A stretch of DNA of 64,000 bases. Source: a virus. Its lineage: Duplodnaviria > Caudoviricetes. Location: positions 141,189 through 205,188 of the IMG/VR virus record IMGVR_UViG_3300032321_001270. The stretch is one strand, 5' to 3'. Every line of letters begins with the position of its first letter. Within the stretch, counting starts at the first letter, position 1. Below are positions 34,871 through 45,742 of the stretch, in pieces. The notes under the pieces are model-generated. The model was not told where the DNA came from, made no database searches, and worked only from the letters and a program-made list of their open reading frames with translations. The position numbers and the translations under genes were made by a program.

Positions 34871-36799
34871 TTATGTTGCGCTATAGACGATACCTGTGAC
34901 GCGCAACACGCCAATTTCTCCGTATACGTTATCTTCTGTGCGTCCAATCGTGACGAGCACGGTGTCGCCTTCTTCCACAGAAAACTCCGCGCTGTCGCGC
35001 TGAATTGCGTGATCGATGAACAAGTTAGCGCTCGAATCAAAAATCAGTGGTACGTCGGCTGTTTCCAGCTTTTCACCGTCTGTTGCCGTCGAAGCCGGTT
35101 CTGAAAGAATGCGGCGCGTCATATACAGCGACGGCATAACTTTACGTGCGCCTAGTGGTGCCGCGCCGCCGTCGCGACCAAATAGCTGCACGCGAATTTT
35201 CATCTTTAAGTTATCGCCAATATTGCTTCCGGGCACGTTAAACCGCAACCGCAATAGCGCTTCTTGCCCGCTCGGAAAACCCAAGTACGGAATATCCATG
35301 TACAGGCGCTCAACGGTGTCGCTAAGGCGAATAATTTGCGGTGAAATTTCGCGTTCAACCAGTTGATCAGTGTAGTCAATTTTCAAAATACCCTGATGCA
35401 GGGTAATCGGCGCGGTGGTAGTCAGATCGAACTGTTGCTTTTCGCTGGTTGTCAAGTTGCGCGGCGCACCACGAGAACCTGTAATTGAAATTTGATTTGA
35501 TGTGGTAAAGGCACCCTCGGCAATCCAACCGCGCGTTAACTGGTGCCGATTGATCACACCCTTAATAGCCTGTCCGCCGCTGGCTTCTTCCGCAGCAATT
35601 TGCAGATCCAAATTTAACTGTAAGTCGCCAGTCGATGCCGGCATATCTGCGCAGTTTGTAATAGCAATCGGGCTGTTGACCGTGGCAGCAGCTGGTGTTG
35701 TTGTCGTGGCAATGTTATTTGACGCAGCAACGTCTTTAACAACACTTGTCACTGACTTACGATCGTTGCCGACCAGCATGCGTAGGTAGACCACAGCGAG
35801 GCGCAGAGTTTCGTTGCGCGGGCACTCACCTGTCGGCGGCGGATCTTCTTCGGTGACTGGGGTTTCCGACCACGGTACGTCTCCCGTGCAATTGCTCATC
35901 CACCAAATGCCGTTGGTATCGCAAATTGCCAAGCCATTGCGGCCGAGCGGGATTTCTGTGGCGCCAACGTGGTCAGCTCCTTTGTCCCAGAGCATGGCCA
36001 CTGATTGAATCGGCAGGGGCGGCCACACATTAGCCAGCGCTGAATGCTGGCTCAGGTTGTAACCAAACAGCGCGCCGTTCGGGGCCTTGCCGTTAAAAAC
36101 AGAATGACTTGCTGGCAGCCATCCGGGCAACGCTGGGTTTGGGTTGGTAATAACGCGATGACTTGCGCCGTTATGAACGATTGCGGCTGTCGTACCGGCG
36201 GGCTGGGCAACAAGATCAAAACGATAGTGCGTGTGCTCGTCGATGAAGTCTCGAATGTGCGGCATAACCACAACGCGCGGCACACTGGAACAGTTATTTT
36301 TTGGTCCTTGTACGTGGCAAACGCTAACGGTAACTGCCGGTTTCTGCCGGACTAGTTTTCCGGGCTCAGCCGACGACAGGTAATAACGCCCCGGCTCAAT
36401 TGGGCCGTCGATCGCGTTCTGCAAATCCGGCACATTAACAATGCCGCGCAACACGATATCGCCGAGCGTTTCAGATCGTTTGGTGAGGCAGATCCCGACG
36501 CAATCCGACGACGGCTGAACTGCAAGCGCCTGCGTTTCGCTGTTGGTCGTTACGGCTGCCAGCGCCTTTTCGTAACGATGCTCGACCCAGTTCCAATACA
36601 CCGGCTGGCCGGGAAGTACGTCTGAGCAAATCGTCGCGCCGTTGTCTACGAGCGCCTGCCCGAGAGCCGCTGCGTCGAGACGGTCTTTGAGATAGTCAGT
36701 GCGGTCCTCTAGCGTACGGTCTGGGCGGGAAACAATGCCCGCTTGGACCGGCTCGCCGGGATTGACGTGTTTGATATTATGCAGCCAGTTACCGGACAT
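34871..36799 (-). CDS. Tail fibre/baseplate attachment-like protein
   Basis: NRPDRTL..RTDYLK.RL-type fibre N-terminus; GRYYLS..EPG.L motif; position after baseplate wedge. Confidence 0.55.
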   Translation of the reverse strand: MSGNWLHNIKHVNPGEPVQAGIVSRPDRTLEDRTDYLKDRLDAAALGQALVDNGATICSDVLPGQPVYWNWVEHRYEKALAAVTTNSETQALAVQPSSDCVGICLTKRSETLGDIVLRGIVNVPDLQNAIDGPIEPGRYYLSSAEPGKLVRQKPAVTVSVCHVQGPKNNCSSVPRVVVMPHIRDFIDEHTHYRFDLVAQPAGTTAAIVHNGASHRVITNPNPALPGWLPASHSVFNGKAPNGALFGYNLSQHSALANVWPPLPIQSVAMLWDKGADHVGATEIPLGRNGLAICDTNGIWWMSNCTGDVPWSETPVTEEDPPPTGECPRNETLRLAVVYLRMLVGNDRKSVTSVVKDVAASNNIATTTTPAAATVNSPIAITNCADMPASTGDLQLNLDLQIAAEEASGGQAIKGVINRHQLTRGWIAEGAFTTSNQISITGSRGAPRNLTTSEKQQFDLTTTAPITLHQGILKIDYTDQLVEREISPQIIRLSDTVERLYMDIPYLGFPSGQEALLRLRFNVPGSNIGDNLKMKIRVQLFGRDGGAAPLGARKVMPSLYMTRRILSEPASTATDGEKLETADVPLIFDSSANLFIDHAIQRDSAEFSVEEGDTVLVTIGRTEDNVYGEIGVLRVTGIVYSAT

Positions 36800-36823
36800 C
36801 CTTGTCCTCCGGCAGTTAGTTGA

Positions 36824-37456
36824 TTACAGGAATGCGATATCCCAAGTGATGCCGATTTGCGACGACGCTTCCTTGGTCACCTGATTATTTTCGGCAAACA
36901 CCGTGCGCGCAAAAACAACGTCCTTCGACCGGTCACTCATTACCGGCGCAGCCACTAATGCCGCCGCATAGACGCGGCTATTACTGCTGGCACGAAATGC
37001 TTTATTTTCGCCTTCGTACACCACGCGTGCTTCGGACGTTTGCGCAAAAAACGTTAATTGATTGCCAGATTGATTCACCGGCAGATTGGCCTCGTAGCCT
37101 GTAGACACGCTCAGCGCCGGTTCAATGGTCAGCGGCACGCGTATAAAATTTCGCGTTTCCGAGTCGACGAGCGAGTTGTAATACGATATGTCAGCGCTAC
37201 GGCCAAGCGACACGGGCGAGATGGTTAGTTCTGGGTCTAGGTTTTCGTACTCGATGTACATCGCCGAAATGTGGTAATCGAGGCGGTCTGGTTGGCGTTG
37301 GTAGCCGAGCTGCCTTGCGGCGATAAAACCCCAGCCGTATTGAATCTGGTTGGGCTGCGACCACAACGGCAGCTTCAGACCGGTTTTTTCATCTACACGC
37401 CACAAAGACACGTGTCCGCGAACGCCGAAGATAGGGTCAATGTTATCAGCAGCCAT
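36824..37456 (-). CDS. Baseplate/tail-collar-like structural protein
   Basis: VRGHV.L....N.I N-terminus; FAR..F....TK....IGITW.I.F C-terminus. Confidence 0.5.
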   Translation of the reverse strand: MAADNIDPIFGVRGHVSLWRVDEKTGLKLPLWSQPNQIQYGWGFIAARQLGYQRQPDRLDYHISAMYIEYENLDPELTISPVSLGRSADISYYNSLVDSETRNFIRVPLTIEPALSVSTGYEANLPVNQSGNQLTFFAQTSEARVVYEGENKAFRASSNSRVYAAALVAAPVMSDRSKDVVFARTVFAENNQVTKEASSQIGITWDIAFL

Positions 37457-37465
37457 TGTTCTTCC

Positions 37466-39208
37466 TTATTGACAGGTGCCAGACACCAGCCGAGCAGACG
37501 CGCCAAGATCTTGTACAAGTTCTACGGGTATGGCGTCTCCCAGCGGTTCTGCTCCGGTAAATTTCGAGATGGCCTCAGAAATGGCGTTTTCGGGGATTAT
37601 GTTATCTTTGTCGGCAGTTAACTCGAAAATTACGATCATTGCCGTTTGCGGCGGCAATAATCTACGTAGGTGCCTAATATTGTACAATCCGAGCTGATTT
37701 AACCCTAGGGCGCTCACGGAAATTCTGACGACAAACACGTTATTGCGTAGCACATTTTCTACGAGAAAACGCAATGGGTTAATTGTCTTCGGTAAATGCG
37801 CGGCAGACGGCTCTGTTTCTGCGTTTGCGCGCCTGTCAAACAGGTGGGCTAACGTCCCAATACGGCGTTTTGCGGCGCACGGGTCTTGCGCTTTTCGTGC
37901 CGTCGCGGCAGCAATACCGCGGGCGTGTACTTCGTCAAAAAAGCGTTCGAGGTCGGCGGGGTAGCCGCCAAGTTGAAATTTTACATACGTATACCCGCTT
38001 GGGTGAGCTGTATCAATCTCAAGCGGAACGACCTTGTTTTCGAACACAATATCGCCATAAAAACAAGCCGACAAGAAACCGCTATCGAGGGCAAGGGCGG
38101 CGATATTTTTTCGAACCGGCTGGCACGGCTCCATATTCGGATCGAGCAGCAAGTCGTCGTCGGTTTCGGTGGTGAGATTCTCCCACGCGCTATTGGTCAA
38201 GATATCGTTTGGGGGTGGGCAACAAATAACCGGCTGCGCGTTGTCGCTCCGGGCATAAACGTTACCGACAAAAAACTCGTGAATATCAACGCCGTATATT
38301 AATTGCGTACCAGCGGTGATAACCTGTTCAACTTCAACGCGCGGTACTGCGTTTTCTGTGAAACGGTAAACAGCTTTATCCGTGACTATGAGTAATCCGC
38401 GGGCGTCAGTGTCCACGAACTCCACGGTTTCGACCGGACCTACGCTTACCGGTATACCACAGATAGCCGCCAACGCGCTGTCAAGAATCGCCGCTGTCGC
38501 GCCGCCTTCTACCAACCCAGAGATGATGGCGTTCGTCAAGTCTTTGTAACCTTGACTTGTTCGCAGCTTTACACCTACGGCATACGCAAACTGATTAAAA
38601 ACGTTGTCGTAATCAAACTTGCCGCAGAACGCCCATAGAGTAAGTTCCGTGTCGCCCGGATTGTCTGGCGCGACGCGTTTTGTAAACAGCGTGTTTGCAA
38701 ACGGGTCTTGCGCAAAAACAATTACTTGACGGTCTAGGTCGATCAAGAAATCTGTATTTTTAATCAGCGCGCCAGTTGGAAACGTAATGCGATTAAACAG
38801 TTGGGTTACGTCCGCGAGATTGTCGGGGAGCGGGAACGAAAAAAACCGAGACGCGGGCGCGCGGTCAAAGCTTATCGTGTCATTATTAAAAGTCGTGGTT
38901 GTTTTATCGAATCTGACGCTGCTCGTGCGCAGTGTGTTGCACTCTGATTTTTTGAGCACGACAGGCGATAAAAATTCAGTGTGAAACAGTGGCACATCGT
39001 ACCGACTCATCGACTCCACAGCTTCGATCAAATTTTGATAACTTTGATTGACAAGCTGTGCGGTAGCCAGCGTGTACGAGTGCACCTGATCGACGCCGTC
39101 GTAGAGCTTAGACCAGAAGCTACCTAGCGCCGCGATAAGGTTGCGACTGCGGTCGAGGTCTGAGCCGGGATAGACAAACTCTGGTTTTTTCATTGTTAGC
39201 TCGCCCAA
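37466..39208 (-). CDS. Baseplate wedge protein (gp7/I-like)
   Basis: Follows J-like gene; LGSFW N-terminus, ..LLPPQT..I C-terminus. Confidence 0.5.
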   Translation of the reverse strand: MGELTMKKPEFVYPGSDLDRSRNLIAALGSFWSKLYDGVDQVHSYTLATAQLVNQSYQNLIEAVESMSRYDVPLFHTEFLSPVVLKKSECNTLRTSSVRFDKTTTTFNNDTISFDRAPASRFFSFPLPDNLADVTQLFNRITFPTGALIKNTDFLIDLDRQVIVFAQDPFANTLFTKRVAPDNPGDTELTLWAFCGKFDYDNVFNQFAYAVGVKLRTSQGYKDLTNAIISGLVEGGATAAILDSALAAICGIPVSVGPVETVEFVDTDARGLLIVTDKAVYRFTENAVPRVEVEQVITAGTQLIYGVDIHEFFVGNVYARSDNAQPVICCPPPNDILTNSAWENLTTETDDDLLLDPNMEPCQPVRKNIAALALDSGFLSACFYGDIVFENKVVPLEIDTAHPSGYTYVKFQLGGYPADLERFFDEVHARGIAAATARKAQDPCAAKRRIGTLAHLFDRRANAETEPSAAHLPKTINPLRFLVENVLRNNVFVVRISVSALGLNQLGLYNIRHLRRLLPPQTAMIVIFELTADKDNIIPENAISEAISKFTGAEPLGDAIPVELVQDLGASARLVSGTCQ

Positions 39209-40911
39209 CCGCCTGATACAACGGAAATAGAGATATCTTCCGGTCGTGTTAAAAACGCGGTTGTGCGCCCGGTGACTAAACGCGCAACATCGTCCGGTAT
39301 TTGCAGAATTGTATTGTCTCGAATACGGGCGGTAGTGCCGTCAGGCCGCCGAATCCGACCGAACATGTCAACGCTACCGACGGCTTGACGCCCGCTCAAA
39401 TACCTATGCACTACGTTTGTGATAACAGACGCGTGCAACTGGCCAGAGAACCCAATCGCCCCAATGGCTGTGCTGATGCTTTTTTTGATAGCCTCAAGAT
39501 TTGGCGCGGCTTCGGCAGCTGGCTTGCGGATTTCAAACGAAATCTTTGTAAAACACGGCACCGGCGCTTTAACCAGTATGTCAGTCGCACGCGGTCTCGT
39601 TTCTCGACCCGTCAAGTAGTCCTGCAGTTCGGCGATTAGCGGCATACCTACAGTTGTTACACCGTACAGCTTTTTTGTCTGGCCGGCGACGAGTGTCGGA
39701 TTCGGCTGTATATCGGTATTCACAAAACGAATAACCGCAGTTTGGTATCGCGTGTATGCACTTTCGGGTATGTACATGATGTCAGGCACAAAATCTAACT
39801 CTGAAAAATCGACGTGGCGCGTGTCGAGCAGCACAGAGTAATTCACGGGTTGCGCCACAGTCGGATCGACGACACTGACAACTTCATAAAAACCCGGCGC
39901 GGCTTCGCGGTTGATCGACACCTGCCACACAGTGCCGGTCGTCGTTCCGCCCACCAGCGCGCGTTCAGCGCAGTCGCCCGAAGAGTTTGTTGGCGGCAAA
40001 TATGGTTCGACGTACGTGGCCGTCAACATGTGTTCTTTTTCTTGCGCATACATATTGGTCTGCGCGTAAATATCTATTTTGCCGCCGCCTGATACAGGAA
40101 ACAGCGTGTGTTGGTCGCGCTGCTGCTCAGCATCACCGCAGCCTAGAATCGATAGGTTTTTGATATTAGAAAATGCTGACTGCGTAGTCAGCGCGGCTTC
40201 GTAGCTTTGCCGGCTGCCAATTGTTTTGGCCGCCAGCCCGCTCGCCAACCGTTGTAGGTATTGAGAGTTTGTGGCCGCATCAGAACCTTCGATGAAGTCA
40301 GTGGCGGCGTACGCGGCGGCGACATTATTGATCACGCTATTTGGCGTTAGGTTTACGCCGCGCTTAATGTTCCCAGCTGAGCCAACTGACAGCGCGATCA
40401 CTGTGATTGTTGCGGCGAACGTTCCGTCGCCGACTGGAATCATTTTTCTTTGGTTTGTTTCTGTAGCCTTGTCTGCTGAAGCTGCAGAAAAAACAACAAA
40501 CGAGTTTGTCGGCACAAAAACGACGCCGGCGTCTTCGGCAGCAAACCGTACGGCGCTGGAAATCTCTGTTCGTGTGTCGGAGTTGAAAATGATTGTTAGC
40601 GCGCCTGTTGCTGGCGTACCGTTGTCGCGCGTCAGGTTGAAATTGGACAGAACCTGATCAACCAAGTCGGCGTCAGCGAGTTCCGGGTTTTCGGTTATTT
40701 TGAGCAGGCTTTTGCTCTGCTGCACGCGGTCGATATTTTCTTGAATGGCGGCATTCAACAAGCCGTCAAAATAAAGCACTAGATCGTGAAATACGCCGCG
40801 CGTTAATTCCACTTCTGGGTGACGTTCCGCCATAAGCTGCGACAACGTCGCAACCATTGCTTGCACCTTTTCTGGGTTTAACTGCGTCAGGCTTGAAATT
40901 TCAATTGGCAT
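39196..40911 (-). CDS. Baseplate J-like wedge protein
   Basis: A..G..GN, GSDA.TN.QYL.R, Y.A.L baseplate-J patterns. Confidence 0.75.
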   Translation of the reverse strand: MPIEISSLTQLNPEKVQAMVATLSQLMAERHPEVELTRGVFHDLVLYFDGLLNAAIQENIDRVQQSKSLLKITENPELADADLVDQVLSNFNLTRDNGTPATGALTIIFNSDTRTEISSAVRFAAEDAGVVFVPTNSFVVFSAASADKATETNQRKMIPVGDGTFAATITVIALSVGSAGNIKRGVNLTPNSVINNVAAAYAATDFIEGSDAATNSQYLQRLASGLAAKTIGSRQSYEAALTTQSAFSNIKNLSILGCGDAEQQRDQHTLFPVSGGGKIDIYAQTNMYAQEKEHMLTATYVEPYLPPTNSSGDCAERALVGGTTTGTVWQVSINREAAPGFYEVVSVVDPTVAQPVNYSVLLDTRHVDFSELDFVPDIMYIPESAYTRYQTAVIRFVNTDIQPNPTLVAGQTKKLYGVTTVGMPLIAELQDYLTGRETRPRATDILVKAPVPCFTKISFEIRKPAAEAAPNLEAIKKSISTAIGAIGFSGQLHASVITNVVHRYLSGRQAVGSVDMFGRIRRPDGTTARIRDNTILQIPDDVARLVTGRTTAFLTRPEDISISVVSGGWAS

Positions 40912-40918
40912 GTGTCAC

Positions 40919-41386
40919 CTATGGCAGCGTGGCTACCGGTAAAATAACGGCGCGCTCGTCGCCGGCTAAACTTGTAATCATAACACGCATGTTCAGATAT
41001 CCCGGCAATATGGCAACAGACAGTAATTCTGCGTCATCAAAACGCTCGTCGTCTGGCATGCCGTCGTATTCTTCAGCTTGCAGTGTGACTCGTACGCGTA
41101 GATTTGCGGCATTAAAACTTTGGGTAACGTCTAGTTGCGTGCGCAGCATTCCCTGCCGCAACAGCGTCATAAAGTCGCTGCCGCGGGCGGGCAGGCCGGG
41201 CATGGAACCTTTTTCAGTTAAAAATTCAAGCGCCCACCGCTGGGCCAGTTTTTGTATACCGGCGCAAATTTTGCCGCTGTTATCTTCGTCATATAGCACA
41301 AGTCCCAGCTTGCTCTCCCGTAACGTGTTAACGTTTTGCAAGGCGAGAAAGTCGTATTTACGCTCAGCGAAATCTTGAAGACCCAT
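40919..41386 (-). CDS. Baseplate wedge gp25/W-like protein
   Basis: GIQKL.Q.....LT.KGS.P..P..GS motif; size and position. Confidence 0.65.
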   Translation of the reverse strand: MGLQDFAERKYDFLALQNVNTLRESKLGLVLYDEDNSGKICAGIQKLAQRWALEFLTEKGSMPGLPARGSDFMTLLRQGMLRTQLDVTQSFNAANLRVRVTLQAEEYDGMPDDERFDDAELLSVAILPGYLNMRVMITSLAGDERAVILPVATLP

Positions 41387-41393
41387 AAATCAC

Positions 41394-41915
41394 CTATGCC
41401 AGTCCGGCAGCTCCGCCGGGATTGATGTCGCCCGTAAAACCGTCAGATCCGCCGGCGGCCCCGGCGTCGATATGTGACTGAACATTGTCTTTGAAAAACG
41501 AGAAGACGCTCTTTTTTGCCATACCGTGACCGTGCAGCCGGCCGTGCATAAACGACATACAGCGAGCATAGCTAGCGTGCCGTGTCCGCCACGCCCGTTC
41601 CTCGACGGCCATAAAGTCTGCCTGCCACTTCATGGCAATCAAATCACCCGTTGTCCCGCCTTGCTTTTCTGGTCCTGCAAGAACGCTTTCCGAGTAGATT
41701 TGATTGATGTTGTTTCTGTCCCAGCTGGGAAAGCTCATACCGGGGACGTCCATCAACTCTTTTGTTTTAATTTCATCGGGGGTGTGCCACGGCCGCCAAT
41801 CAGTCATATAGGTGTCGAACACCTCGGCCATTTTTTTAGCCCGCTCTTCGAGTTGGTTGATACGGGCTTCAAATTTCCCGTCGACCTGTCCTTTACTTGC
41901 GCCAATGCCAGCCAT
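41394..41915 (-). CDS. Hypothetical protein
   Basis: AAGGAG RBS; ORF in tail operon. Confidence 0.7.
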   Translation of the reverse strand: MAGIGASKGQVDGKFEARINQLEERAKKMAEVFDTYMTDWRPWHTPDEIKTKELMDVPGMSFPSWDRNNINQIYSESVLAGPEKQGGTTGDLIAMKWQADFMAVEERAWRTRHASYARCMSFMHGRLHGHGMAKKSVFSFFKDNVQSHIDAGAAGGSDGFTGDINPGGAAGLA

Positions 41916-41930
41916 AGTTACGTCTTCTCC

Positions 41931-42752
41931 TTAAAATCCACCTTGGGTGTACTGTTTATCGAGCAGGGACTGAATCTTGGCGGCACGTTGGCTGACGGCA
42001 CCCGGCGTGATATTTAATCGGCGCGCAATGTCTTGCGTGCTGGCTTTACGCCGGCCATTACGTCCTAACGTCATATCGGCAATCAACTTGTCGACCGGCC
42101 CAAGATCGTCATAGACAAAGTTGAACCATGCATCCGCAGAGCGTGTGCTGTTTGGAATGTTACTAGCTACATCGCCGCCGTACGCTTCATCGTCGCCAAC
42201 TTCGCGCGTCGTCATGCCCTCGGATACCGGCTGGTTGAATGCGCGAATTTTTTGTATCCGTTTTTTTGACAACCCGGTTTGGTCCGCGAGTTCGTCGTCT
42301 GTCGGGTCGCGCCCAAGTTGATCGCGCAGTTCGCCTTCACTTTCGTTGAGTCGCGAATAATCCAAACCGACTTGCTCTGGGATAGTTATGATATTTTGTG
42401 CCTGCGCTGACAGTCGCCGTAAGCTCTGCAGTTGAGACAGAAGATGCGTGCGCACATTCCCGCGCTTGGGGTCGTACGTGTCGAGCGCTTTTAAGGCCAT
42501 CATTTTCGCGCGAGACCGAATGGTTGGGCTCGCGTTCTGTCCGGCATAGCTCATGACGGCTGTGTCTATAACGGGCTGCAGCGTCCCCAACAACGCCGTA
42601 TTCGTTTCGGGCGTTTTGGTCGTCTGCCACGTTTGGTACGCCGTATCAAAAGCTGAGCTGACACCTGTCGGTTTTTTGTCAGAAAAAGGGGCAGGAATAT
42701 CGCCCAAAATGGACGGCATGCCAGTAGGTTTTTTTACAGTATCGTTTTGCAT
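41931..42752 (-). CDS. Sigma-70-family RNA polymerase sigma factor (FliA/group 3-like)
   Basis: Region 2 YDPKRG..THL; region 3 LGRDPTDDELA..TGLS; region 4 TQDIARRLNITPGAVSQR; TAATG coupling to hub gene. Confidence 0.85.
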   Translation of the reverse strand: MQNDTVKKPTGMPSILGDIPAPFSDKKPTGVSSAFDTAYQTWQTTKTPETNTALLGTLQPVIDTAVMSYAGQNASPTIRSRAKMMALKALDTYDPKRGNVRTHLLSQLQSLRRLSAQAQNIITIPEQVGLDYSRLNESEGELRDQLGRDPTDDELADQTGLSKKRIQKIRAFNQPVSEGMTTREVGDDEAYGGDVASNIPNSTRSADAWFNFVYDDLGPVDKLIADMTLGRNGRRKASTQDIARRLNITPGAVSQRAAKIQSLLDKQYTQGGF

Positions 42753-44392
42753 TATTCTGGTTTCCGTAATGGACCACCCGGCCATTTCGTGCCCTCTACG
42801 TACAGCGGCGCGTACTCTTTCGACACAAGCGTCGTGTCTTTGTCTTCTTCCTCAGTGCGCAGATACGACAGCGCAAACGACGTGCCGGCAAGCGCACGTT
42901 CAGCGTTAATTGCATACGACACTTGCGTTACTGCGCCAATCATCGACCCGTCTGACTGAATTTCTGACGTCGGCATTTCAATTTTAACAATACTGCCCGG
43001 TGCGATGTCGAAACGTAATTTGCCGGATAGTTCGCCGTACCGCTGGCTTAAAAACTCGGTCTTGTAGAAATGTTCAGCAAAACGCGAGCACACCTTGTCC
43101 GACATGGCGTCTGCGATATCTGGAGCAGGTAACCAGTCAGGTGGTGGATTTTCTTCGCCTGTTTGCGGCGCTAAACAGCAGCCGCCGCGTTTGCCGTTCA
43201 CGCTGGTTGTGGCCGCACTAAAAATAGGCCACGGCGACATGTTTGTCAGCCATGTCGGTAAATCTTTAAACAGCTTCAACCCGTCACGCTCTGTGTCGCC
43301 TTTTGGCGGATACTGGCCGGCTGGCTGCGTGTAGCTATCGGTAGTTCGAACTTGCCCGCCAACTTCAAGCATTGGGTCGAGTTGGCTTGGCCAGAACACT
43401 ACAACACTGTCAATAAGCTGACTTAGCGACGCGTTAAAATTTGCGTAACTGTATTCGTCGCCTTTGATCACGTACTTTTGATTTCCGTCGTGTTGAAGCC
43501 CGCCAAAAAACGGAATCACACACGCATGTTCAATACTTGGGGATACCGCAAAGAAAAATTGTGGTGCATACTCCCCAACAAGTTTTCCCCAAAACGATGT
43601 GTAAGCAAACGACTCCAGCGCGTCTTTTGTTAGCGCTGTACGCACCGATTGCTCAATGTTGTGCCCGGGTAAATCGGTCACGTCAATGGCTAGTGGTGTT
43701 GTTTGTACGGAAGCTGCTTGCGCGCCCATGGGGTCGCCTTTGGGCATTCTTTCAAGCGCTTTTAACGCAGCATTATTTGGTTTTGCTTGCGGTAGATCCC
43801 ACTCAGCGATCTTTTTAAAGATAGGTTTGATGACCTTGGCCCACAGGTCGCTGCCGATGTTTGCTTTGGTAACAAGTTCTTCGTCAGAGTCGATCACTGG
43901 CACACTAGAGTGCGTAGTGCCCTCTGTCGTCTGCAGCGCCACGAAAGCCGCGTTGGTCGCCATCAGGAACGGCGCGTTTTGAAACCACTTGCCGTTGAGC
44001 GCCGACGAGTTATTTAAGTTGTCGAGCCAGTGAATCAGCTGCACGACGTAGTTTGCGCTGTTGTGCGACCGTTGATATCCGACACCAGCCACCATACCTT
44101 CAAATATCAAAAACCGGCCCGACTCCATTTTTGATGTTTTACCGGCTTCCGGTGTAATTGTGAGCCAGACTTTGGCTTCGTCGCGCGGCTTGATCTGTTT
44201 TCGCAGCGTATGAATCGTCGCTTCTTTTTGACGTCCTGTGCGCGCGTCGTGACCTACCGCCATAGTGAGTGACGCGGTCGGAATACTATTCAAACCGAAA
44301 GTAGCTGAAATCGCCACGATATCGTCGAACTTACGTCCGGCAATTTCGGCGTCTATTTTGAACTTTGAGTATACGTACGGAATTTCAGCCAT
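42752..44392 (-). CDS. Baseplate hub (gp27/gpD-like)
   Basis: I.A.FGLNSIPTA.L N-terminus; LRFDIAPGS.V.I C-terminus; position after tape measure module. Confidence 0.6.
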   Translation of the reverse strand: MAEIPYVYSKFKIDAEIAGRKFDDIVAISATFGLNSIPTASLTMAVGHDARTGRQKEATIHTLRKQIKPRDEAKVWLTITPEAGKTSKMESGRFLIFEGMVAGVGYQRSHNSANYVVQLIHWLDNLNNSSALNGKWFQNAPFLMATNAAFVALQTTEGTTHSSVPVIDSDEELVTKANIGSDLWAKVIKPIFKKIAEWDLPQAKPNNAALKALERMPKGDPMGAQAASVQTTPLAIDVTDLPGHNIEQSVRTALTKDALESFAYTSFWGKLVGEYAPQFFFAVSPSIEHACVIPFFGGLQHDGNQKYVIKGDEYSYANFNASLSQLIDSVVVFWPSQLDPMLEVGGQVRTTDSYTQPAGQYPPKGDTERDGLKLFKDLPTWLTNMSPWPIFSAATTSVNGKRGGCCLAPQTGEENPPPDWLPAPDIADAMSDKVCSRFAEHFYKTEFLSQRYGELSGKLRFDIAPGSIVKIEMPTSEIQSDGSMIGAVTQVSYAINAERALAGTSFALSYLRTEEEDKDTTLVSKEYAPLYVEGTKWPGGPLRKPE

Positions 44393-45278
44393 ATGTATGC
44401 GTTCTAACGCTTTCTATTCTGTAAATAAAAGCTGTGACTAAACCGGCCAGTCGGTAGGCCGGCAATGGGTGATCAAACCACATGTTTTTAAACGTAGCGT
44501 ACGGTTCTTCGTCTGTCACCCCAAATAGCTCAAGAAACAGCGGTTCGCCGAGCAATTCTAGTGCTGGCAAAAGTGTTGTAATTGCCGGAGCTGGATTTGA
44601 GTCTAAAACTACGTACCACCGACCCGTAAGTGTTAGCGGGTCGGTAGACAAGCGTTCCATACGTAATCGCACCTGTGTTTCAGGTAAGGTGATCGGGGGT
44701 AATTCGACGGCAAACTCCGCGGTAGTATCTGATTCAGGTGTGGAAACCGTTTGCGCTGTTAAAAATAATTCTGTGTCTGGTTCTAGTTCTTCTGTCACCA
44801 CGCCGTTGCCCTCTTCAAGCGTCAAGTTGGCCAGCTGCTCGGCGGCTAGCGCATCTGGATTGGCGGGGTACAGACCAACTGTGTACAAACGTGTGGCGCG
44901 ACCGATATTGTTATTGGCCACAAAATCGCCGCCTACAGCCACAGACCTTTTTGCGCCGTCAACTTGCGTTATGCGTATCGCTGGCTGATATTTAAAAACA
45001 GTTTCTGATATCTCCGGCCAGTATGTTATGCGTGAATCAAGTTTGTATAGGTAGTCGGCCAGCGGCGTCTGATGTATGTAACTCAGAAGTTCGCGGCTGC
45101 GCAAATTTAAAAAGCGCTGGTCGGGATTGCTGCCAAATAGAATTTTACGGACGGTTTTTAGTGCAGTTGGAAGCACAAGGGGTCTGTATGAGTTGGAAAT
45201 GTACTCATAGCCTGCTTGCTGTTTCTGCGCGCTTTGCGCCCAGATATTCAATAGTAGTGTGCGGCCGTGATTGATCAT
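44385..45278 (-). CDS. Hypothetical tail protein
   Basis: Overlap-coupled ORF in tail operon. Confidence 0.65.
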   Translation of the reverse strand: MINHGRTLLLNIWAQSAQKQQAGYEYISNSYRPLVLPTALKTVRKILFGSNPDQRFLNLRSRELLSYIHQTPLADYLYKLDSRITYWPEISETVFKYQPAIRITQVDGAKRSVAVGGDFVANNNIGRATRLYTVGLYPANPDALAAEQLANLTLEEGNGVVTEELEPDTELFLTAQTVSTPESDTTAEFAVELPPITLPETQVRLRMERLSTDPLTLTGRWYVVLDSNPAPAITTLLPALELLGEPLFLELFGVTDEEPYATFKNMWFDHPLPAYRLAGLVTAFIYRIESVRTHTYG

Positions 45279-45280
45279 GA

Positions 45281-45739
45281 TTATTTCTTTGGCAGGATGT
45301 TAAAGCGCAACGACCACTGCCCAACGAGTGTTTGCGGATCTTGAAGTTCGAGGCGCATACCTGTGAGAAACGCCCAAAAATTTGCATCTGGACAATCGCC
45401 AATCTGTACTGACAAGTCGCCTTTTTCTTTAATGCGGTTGTCCTGATAGAACTTAAAAACATTGCACAGTTTTGCGTCTTCAGCGCCGGCGCATGTTTTT
45501 GTAAAACCAAAACCAGACACTGTCAGCTCACCGATGCGATCGCCAAAAGCGTACACGTAAATAAAATCATTTACTGTGTGTAGAAACTGATAATTACCGT
45601 TTAACTCCATGGCAAATCCGGCCATTGGCGCAGTTAGTTTTCCTTTTGCGCCGTTGAATTTGATAGAGAATACAGATTCTTCGCTGCATCCTTTAATTTT
45701 TGCAACCGCACCCACGCACGGACTAAACACTGTTGGCAT
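45281..45739 (-). CDS. Tube-like tail initiator protein (paralog-like to tube)
   Basis: YQFLHTVNDFIYVYAFGDRIGELTVSG resembles the tube YEIGSNNIYYVGNRRQG segment. Confidence 0.5.
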   Translation of the reverse strand: MPTVFSPCVGAVAKIKGCSEESVFSIKFNGAKGKLTAPMAGFAMELNGNYQFLHTVNDFIYVYAFGDRIGELTVSGFGFTKTCAGAEDAKLCNVFKFYQDNRIKEKGDLSVQIGDCPDANFWAFLTGMRLELQDPQTLVGQWSLRFNILPKK

Positions 45740-45742
45740 ATA

